Source: Paraspadella gotoi
Lineage: Eukaryota; Animalia; Chaetognatha
Reading direction: 5' to 3'
Length of the DNA stretch: 64,000 nucleotides
NCBI GenBank assembly: GCA_051294375.1
Contig: CM119263.1
Location: 7,143,044-7,207,043, forward strand
Numbering within the stretch: position 1 is the stretch's first letter; each line of letters starts with the position of its first letter. The notes below the pieces were generated by a model. The model did no database searches. It saw only the letters and a program-made list of their open reading frames with translations, and had not been told where the DNA came from. A program made the position numbers and the translations under genes. Of this stretch, positions 55,802 to 64,000 are shown one piece after another.

Positions 55802-57471
55802 CTTCAGACCCCCCAGAGCGTGGAATCCACACTGCGCGCTGTTAAACCCCGCTTGTCAGGCGGCGTTTCAAAAGCGGGACCCGGACTGGACACAAAAAAG
55901 GTTTAGAGGGTGCTAGGGGGTTAGGGGGTTAAGGAGGTGGGGAATGTAATGGGTCATAAGCGAGGAGCTGAGTGCCCATCGGGGGCGGGAACCGCAGGGG
56001 GGGGAGGGGGGAGGGGGCAGAGCGAATCGGCGAAACGAAGGGGGGTCGTTGTTGCCGAAGCAGCTGGTCGACCCGGTTGAAAGGTTTTTGGCCAGTGGCG
56101 CCATTTTCTCCGGAAGAAGAAAAGAAAGAAAAAAGAAAAAAGTTTCGATTTAAAAAAAAAAAAAAAGAAATGAAAGAAAGAAAGAAAGAAAGAAAGAAAG
56201 GGTTTGAAGTGAAATGAAGAAATTGAAGGGAATGGAATTTCAATAAAAAAATATAAAGTATAATATATATAATATAACCCATCGTATCCTATCCAGTATC
56301 CAGTATCCAAAGTATGGGCCAATATTTTTTTTAAAGCTTAAACATGGGGCAAGATAGTTCATCTATTGTATTTTTTATTTTATATTGTGCCAATTACATA
56401 TTAAAACATTGACGCTTAATAAAAAATAAATAAAATAGAGAAAACAAAGGTGACAGCTAGCTAAGAAAACAGAGAAGTACATGAAATATATAAGAAAAGT
56501 AAAGGAAAGAATAAAAGAGAGGAAAAAAAAAAAATAAAATGAAATTCGTAAAGCGAATGGAATTTTCCGATACTTGATAAAATAACTAAATATTCGGGCT
56601 GATGGCGATTATTTTAATTTTTACTTTTTACTTTCCTTCCTTTAACTTTTATATTTTATATATCTATTATTTCGGTTCCTATCCTACTTAGTTTTTTTTT
56701 ACTTAGTTCTTACTGCTCGCGGCATCGTCTTCCACACACTCTAGTAAAAAAACAAAAAAAAACAAAAAACGCGCCCTTTTTGAACAATAAAAAAATACTA
56801 CATGAGCATATCTTTTAAAAATTCATAGGAAATATAAATAATTATAGAGTTATGGCAACAGCCGGTTGTCTGTGACGCCCATAGGGATGGGGCATGTCTC
56901 TGTTGGCTTTGGAGGCTTCCGACCCTAAGTGACGCCTCCTGTCAGTGGCGCGGATAGCCGAGGACAGTCTCGCTTTGCCAACGCATTGAAGTCGTCAGGA
57001 CTGGGGATAGAACACAACGTTCCACCTCTGAGGCAATGGTATTTGCTGAACGATGGCAGATGTGAGGCGGTGTGTTAATTTTATCGGAATCAAGAAGTTT
57101 CACAATCATTGACCTGCCTTTTATTTATTTTCTCTTTTCTTTTTATTTCCTCTCCTTTTCTTTCCTTCTCTTTCTCCCACTTCCTGCTTTTCCACTTCCC
57201 CATTTTTCCACTTCCTCCCTTTCCACTTCCTCTGCCCGACTTCCTCCATCCCACCTCCGAAGACGGATCTCGATTTTCAGTCAAAATTCCATTTCTACCG
57301 GAAATCCGGACGACGACCGGATTCTCGGTCGTCCCGGTTTTTGTTTCGACTCGACGTCGATGACGACGACGACGACGACGACGTCGACGACGCATTCGTC
57401 ATCATCGCCTCTCAACAATTTAAAAGTAAATGGCACTTTTTTTGGGGAGAAACCGTCGATGATGAAGCGGG

Positions 57472-57562
<91 letters not shown>

Positions 57563-58050
57563 ACATTGAACAACGTCAAAAACTAAGAGAAAGTGAGAAG
57601 CGACAAAAATGGAGCCAAAAAAAAAGAAGAAAAAAAGAAAGAAGAATCGATTCTGAAAGTCGTCGAGTTTTTCGTTATTTTCGTCCAACGAGAGACGAAA
57701 GTCAATTTCCTTTTTTTCTAATATCATCAATTCTATCATTGTATTTTACTTAAAGGTTTCTATTTTTTGCTTTAAGTACGATTTGTTTGAAAATGAATAT
57801 TCTGCTAACGACAAACCCCCCCCCCAAAAAAAAAAAAAAAAAGATTCTTGTAACCTTACACGTTAAACCAACCGTGACTTCGCGATCTGCCATTTATGAA
57901 TAAAATTTTAATCCAAAAAAATTAAATTTATAAAAAAGAGAAAAGAAAAAAAAATATCCCTCCGAGAAAATCAAATTTCACATCTCAACCAGAATGGGCG
58001 GAAGAAAAATCTGAATATATAAGGAAAAATATTGGATTTTTCAATAAAGT

Positions 58051-58133
<83 letters not shown>

Positions 58134-58569
58134 AGTCCCATACCCTGTCAGATGTGAGGAGAAAAATGAGCCGAGAAAAGAAGCGCGATTCAACATCAAC
58201 GACGACGACGACAACAACAATAACGATAAAGACAATGAAGACGACGACGACGACGACGACGACTAATACGATTGACCGACGCCGTTTCTGAAGACGGCGA
58301 CGCTTCGTGGTTAACGAGAATAACAAGTAAAGCTTTAACCCTTATTACTGCCGCTAATTACTAGTACCGGCGGGACCTGTGAAAGCCCTTGTCTTTTTAA
58401 TTACTAGTACTAAAAATCTTATTTTCAATCAGTTCTACCATTGATCCTCTTCATAGCAGCGCGTTAACCTTTGCCTCAGCACTAAATGGGAGCATTGACA
58501 CTGCAATTCGCTCATCTTTCTCAACAAGCGTTGGTGGAAGCTCCAATCCGCTCCAGCGTCCTTGTCCGT

Positions 58570-59183
58570 TTCAGTCCGCCTCATCTCCGTCTTCTGTCCA
58601 GTCCATTCTAGTCCGGCTTCGCCGACTCACTCCGCTACATCCGCTCCAGTCAGCCTTAATTCGCTCAAGTCCGAAACAGTCTACTTCAGTCCGCCTTAGT
58701 CCGCCCCATCTCCGTCTTCTGTCCAGTCCATTCTTGTCCGGCCTCGCCGACTCACTCCTTTACATCCGCTCAAGTCAGCCTTAATTCTCTCAAGTCCGCA
58801 AAAGACTACTTCAGTTTGCCTTAGTCGCACCCATCTCCCTCTTCATGCCCAGTCTACCCCGTCATGTCCTCTTATTCCACTATATCCGCTCCAGTCAGCC
58901 TTAGTTCGCTCAGTCCGCAATAATTTGCTCCTCATCCCTCTTCTGCCCAGTCCTCCCAATCCACCCTAGTCTATTTCATTCGCCACTATCCATCTTAGGT
59001 CGCTTCAGTCCGCCTTACTAATTCGCCTCAGTGCCTCAACCCGCCTTAGTTCGCTTCATTCCGCTTAGGTCCGCTGCAGTCCACTCCAGTCCACTACGGT
59101 CTTGATCAACAGTTCACTTCAGTTTCATCACAGTCACTCCAGTTCGCTCAACAGTCCACTCCAGTCGCTCCAGTCCGCTCCAG
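58570..59183. repeat. 125-bp higher-order tandem repeat (~3 copies) built on a ~10-bp (yagtccgcyy) monomer, decaying rightwards
   Basis: catctcc anchors at 58582, 58707 and 58832. Confidence 0.85.
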
Positions 59184-60915
59184 ACCGCCCTCTCGCCTCT
59201 TCTCCGTTTCCAACTTTTGAACGACCTTCGCTTCTCTCGACTCGAGAGATTCGCCGCGATTCAAGGGCTGAGTGGCGAGACGGTTGGTTGAGGGGGGGGG
59301 AGGGAAGATGGGGCGATAAGCGGTTGTTGCAGGGTGAAGTGGGTTGAAGATGGGAATGTTGAAAAGGGTTGATGGAAGGGTGGGGTTTTTGGTATAGCTG
59401 TTGTTGTCTCATTACTAATGACTTAGTAATATTTCTTAATATTTATCTGATTCAATTAAATAAATGAACATCGTTATTAAAGAAGAGAAGTTAACTAGTT
59501 CAATAAAAAAAATCCGGCATCAATTTAATTAGATTTTGAGCCTGCTACCAATAAGGTCCTTGTTTTTACTCTGATTAGAAATTATGACGGATTTATCTGA
59601 TCCTAATTGTTCTTATTTCTCATTAAACGTTAGTAAGCAGTTATTACTTAATTCGGGAACCGGTCCGTTATCCACACTGGCGAGTTCCTCCTACGAACAA
59701 GTCTCGGCCTATTAAAAGAAGACAAGTCTTGAGAATCTAGTGGAAAGGCGCGGACTGGTGTGGTTTGGTGTGGATTGGTGTGGACCGAAAGGGACCGGTA
59801 GGGTGAAAACCGGTGGTGGATTGTAGCGCTATTCACGGAATTGGTGACCAGTGAGTAGTGCAGTATTAGTGGACCCATAAACTTTTAACGGGCGCCAAAA
59901 GCCAAGCAAAACTCATTCCACGCCATAATTAACTCACAACTTTTAGGTTTTTTTAATTGTTTAGGTCCCTTTAAAAATCACTCTTACGTTTATATTTTTT
60001 GTTCAATTCGAAATTGTACAAAAGTGTTTAAAAGCCCAGGATCCTCTACTTTGTGGAGGGTGTCTACACTTCACAGCCCCCGATCCCTGGGTCGTGGGAC
60101 GGAGTGTTGAAAAAATAAAATGGCGGCGGATTAAGGATTTCGGTTGACGTGAGGAATTAAATTAGAGGAAAAACAAGATCCAACCGTCAAGACGTGGGCC
60201 GATGACTAATGAGGAGAAGGGATTAAAAAAAAAGGAGAAATGTGAAGTGAGTCGGGAGCGGGTGAAAGCGTGAGACCAGTTGAGAAATCAAGGTTGAAAA
60301 TGAAAACGGTTTCGCGTTAAGTCATAACTGGGAATTAAACAATACAAATTATGTAGGGGCTCCAACCGGTTGAATGCACAGGGCAAATACGAGATAATAT
60401 AATTTTTAAAAAAATACCTCCAGACTATTTATAGAAGATGCGAAACCAGAACGTCAATCGGTGAGTTAGTAATTTTTTAAGCAAGTTTTTTCGAGAGCGC
60501 AAATAAGAATCTTAATGTTTGGAAATCAGCAGAGGTCCGGCGTTCGGAGACGGACGGTTTGAATGCTGGGCAATGTCGTTTGTGGGAAATTCGGTGGCAA
60601 TTTATTGCAGTAAAATTTCCAACTGGGACGAAGGAAGAAATTTGGGAAGAAACGAGCGTCTATGATTAAGTACTGTTGAGGGAATGAGAGGATTTCGGAT
60701 GGGTAAAATATGGGGAGAGAGGGAGAGGGAGGACAGCAGAGGGGAGAGAGACGAGGAGAGAGAGATGAAGAGAGAAAGAGAGAGAGAGAGAGAGAGAGGA
60801 AGAGAGAGGAAGAGAGGATCTATATAAGATAACAGACAGTTTTGTAATGAAAACACAGAGATTTACTGTTTTATTAGGCATAAAATTAAGAAATATGAAA
60901 TAAACATAAAAACTG

Positions 60916-61010
60916 AGACCAGGCAAGACCTCGAAAGACCAGGCAAGACCAGGCAAGACCTAGCAAGGAATGTAAAGAACTAGAAAGATCTGGCAAGATC
61001 TAGCAAGACT
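60916..61010. repeat. 10-bp tandem repeat (aagaccaggc-like)
   Basis: Direct reading, ~9 degenerate units. Confidence 0.8.
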
Positions 61011-64000
61011 GGGTAAGCATCAAGGGTCCGAGATTGATATCAGCGGTCGAAGGAATCTTAGCTTCCATTATAGATTTCTTTTCGTTCGCCGCCCATCGGA
61101 GCGAGAGGAATGAAAGAAGGATTGAAAGAAAAAAATGGGTTGAAAGAAAGAGTTGAAAGTACGTAAGTCTAAGAAATAAAGTCCAACAAGCAAATTGATG
61201 GATGAACTGACAGGCTGATCTCGACTTATTGTCGATCTCATATTAGACGCTCAGTTATTACAATGTTTAGTATGTTTATCTTGTTTATGAACCGTTTTAC
61301 TCAATCTGTAAGTAAATTTTTAAACTATTTTTTTTACTTTTTTATCCTTTTAAAAAAGTTAAAACCTCGGACCCTGGAAAATTAGCAACTACTTCGAAAC
61401 ATTACTTATTCAAGGCTAAGGTTTAGCCTCACGCATCGTTGAAGGTAAAGAGGAGAAAAAAAAAGAATTATTCAAATTAGTCTAATATTCGGCGGGAGAC
61501 CCTAGAATCCGCGCAGGTTTAACGCTCTTGTGAGCCAGCACCGATTTAGATTATAATCCATTGTGAATAATTGTAAGCGTATTGACAGAAATATTGAAGG
61601 TAAAACTATTATTGGAGAAACTAGCCTCAATATGTAAAATAGTAGACTAGATGAATAGGAAATAAGAAATAATAACAATTGAGTATTTTATGAATTCAGT
61701 GTTATCTTTCTTTCTTAAATTTGACTGTTTGTAATAGTACCGTCAGCTTCTTGGCTTTAGATCTAAAAATAACACATTCATTCATTGACACTGAATACCC
61801 ACACGCCATCTAATATTCTTTCCACCCACCCTACCCGCCAACCCTCACCCCGTCCGCGGAAAGGTTCCTCCTTTTCCGATTTTTTTTTCTTCACCTGAAT
61901 CTGCTAATCGGTTAATCGACGAGTCGATCGCACAAAATGCTGCACATTCCGCAGCATAAGCGGCAGCCGACGCCTCGGCGTCTGCAGCTTTTCACTCTGC
62001 GAAGAAAAAAAATTATGGATGCAGCCTTAATGACGAAGATCGGGGATGCAGCTGGCGAGAGACGGATAATGACGTCGATGACACCTAGCAGTGGGGATAA
62101 AAAGCGACAGCGATATAGGGATGAAACGCAGTTGCAGCAGTAGAATGAAAAAAAAAAAAATTTAAAAAGTTGCAGCATCGCCGTTTAAAGATGCTACTAC
62201 GGCAGCATCTGCTTCGTGGAGCCCTACATTCTCAAGGCCTTTACACACTCTTTCTCTTTNNNNNNNNNNNNNNNNNNNNNNNNNNNNNNNNNNNNNNNNN
62301 NNNNNNNNNNNNNNNNNNNNNNNNNNNNNNNNNNNNNNNNNNNNNNNNNNNNNNNNNNNNNNNNNNNNNNNNNNNNNNNNNNNNNNNNNNNNNNNNNNNN
62401 NNNNNNNNNNNNNNNNNNNNNNNNNNNNNNNNNNNNNNNNNNNNNNNNNNNNNNNNNNNNNNNNNNNNNNNNNNNNNNNNNNNNNNNNNNNNNNNNNNNN
62501 NNNNNNNNNNNNNNNNNNNNNNNNNNNNNNNNNNNNNNNNNNNNNNNNNNNNNNNNNNNNNNNNNNNNNNNNNNNNNNNNNNNNNNNNNNNNNNNNNNNN
62601 NNNNNNNNNNNNNNNNNNNNNNNNNNNNNNNNNNNNNNNNNNNNNNNNNNNNNNNNNNNNNNNNNNNNNNNNNNNNNNNNNNNNNNNNNNNNNNNNNNNN
62701 NNNNNNNNNNNNNNNNNNNNNNNNNNNNNNNNNNNNNNNNNNNNNNNNNNNNNNNNNNNNNNNNNNNNNNNNNNNNNNNNNNNNNNNNNNNNNNNNNNNN
62801 NNNNNNNNNNNNNNNNNNNNNNNNNNNNNNNNNNNNNNNNNNNNNNNNNNNNNNNNNNNNNNNNNNNNNNNNNNNNNNNNNNNNNNNNNNNNNNNNNNNN
62901 NNNNNNNNNNNNNNNNNNNNNNNNNNNNNNNNNNNNNNNNNNNNNNNNNNNNNNNNNNNNNNNNNNNNNNNNNNNNNNNNNNGAGAGAGAGAGAGTGAGT
63001 GAGAGAATTAAATTAGTATAATTTAAAAGAATGAATTTTTTTCCGCTAGTTATCAAAAATTAAAACTACTAGCTACCTCGTTATATGACTTTTCCAAATT
63101 CTCTTTCATCTTTTCCTCCTATTTTTCTTTTTCTTCCTCTTCTTTCCTTTCGTATTTTTGTTTCCTTTCTATTATTACCTCCCTTCCTTTCTTTCTCTTC
63201 CTCCCTTCGCTTTTTATTTCTTTCTACCTCGGAAGGTTTTCTCTTTTGGTTTCTCTTTCCTGTCAGTTTCCACCAGAAATCTTATTTCAAATTTACATTG
63301 ATGTGATGTTCGTCAAAAAAAATAACGAAGCNNNNNNNNNNNNNNNNNNNNNNNNNNNNNNNNNNNNNNNNNNNNNNNNNNNNNNNNNNNNNNNNNNNNN
63401 NNNNNNNNNNNNNNNNNNNNNNNNNNNNNNNNNNNNNNNNNNNNNNNNNNNNNNNNNNNNNNNNNNNNNNNNNNCTTTTCCAGGAGACGAGAGAAAAAAG
63501 GACGACCCATGCGAAAAAAGTTGAGACAGAAAACAGATGATTCAATAACCGAAGTTTTTAAGTTACTCCCGGCGAGAAAGAAAAAAAGTCGTTGTTCTAG
63601 TTTTCTGAGACAAAACACGCGATACATGTTTGTCGTCGTCTTCGTCGTCGTCAACTTTGACGTCGTCGTCGTCGTCGTCTCCGTCGTTTGGACATCACAG
63701 TTGTTTTGGTTGTTTCGACTGTAAACAGAACAGCATCGGTGTGTAGAGGTTTTAAAACAAGATATCAGTTTAATCTCAAAGATCCAAATGGATAACTTGA
63801 AAAAAATAAACAACACCGTCGCCTTTTTGTCGCTTTTATTACATATTTTGCTTTGCTTGATACCGTCAAGTGACCGTTACGCCGACACGTACCGACAGAC
63901 GGCGCAATCGTTGACTCGTTCGAACTAAGCAGAAAAAAAAAAGATCACAAAAACTGTTTGTATTCTTTGAGTTCGCGAGCGCGTTACATTTGACGAAAGC

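Noticed and set aside
56960-57040. Minus-strand CUGACGA...GAGAC, and an RT-like LPQ..VLSPVL..FN string
   Set aside because: The GAAA box is mutated with no stem I, and the RT motif needs several frameshifts.
58570-58950. Regularly spaced repeats as a CRISPR array
   Set aside because: Whole units repeat with no unique spacers, the context is eukaryotic and no cas genes are present.
62170-63816. ORFs of 260-283 aa
   Set aside because: They consist mostly of X from N-gaps.

Overview
Draft-quality eukaryotic (probably invertebrate animal) genomic scaffold. It is rich in (AG)n/(CT)n and (GAC)n microsatellites, has seven N-gaps, and contains a ~13.8 kb near-pure A/T block (22.3-36.2 kb) that is most likely a long-read gap-filling artefact. 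One gene is securely recognisable: a 5-coding-exon SLC16/MCT monocarboxylate transporter (+, 49842-52899, ~480 aa) that keeps the MCT1-type Lys/Asp/Arg transport residues. Also supported are a two-exon orphan gene (39353-42521) whose first splice donor has been tandemly duplicated, a 354-codon low-complexity exon (46.1-47.1 kb) and several weak candidate exons. Non-coding features include a TA-flanked Tc1/mariner-type MITE, dispersed and tandem repeats, and, most notably, a complete minimal hammerhead ribozyme of the Penelope-like-element type on the minus strand at 14245-14289, enclosed in a long extra helix. Most ORFs in the supplied track are microsatellite read-throughs. No database searches or folding programs were run; all calls come from reading the sequence.
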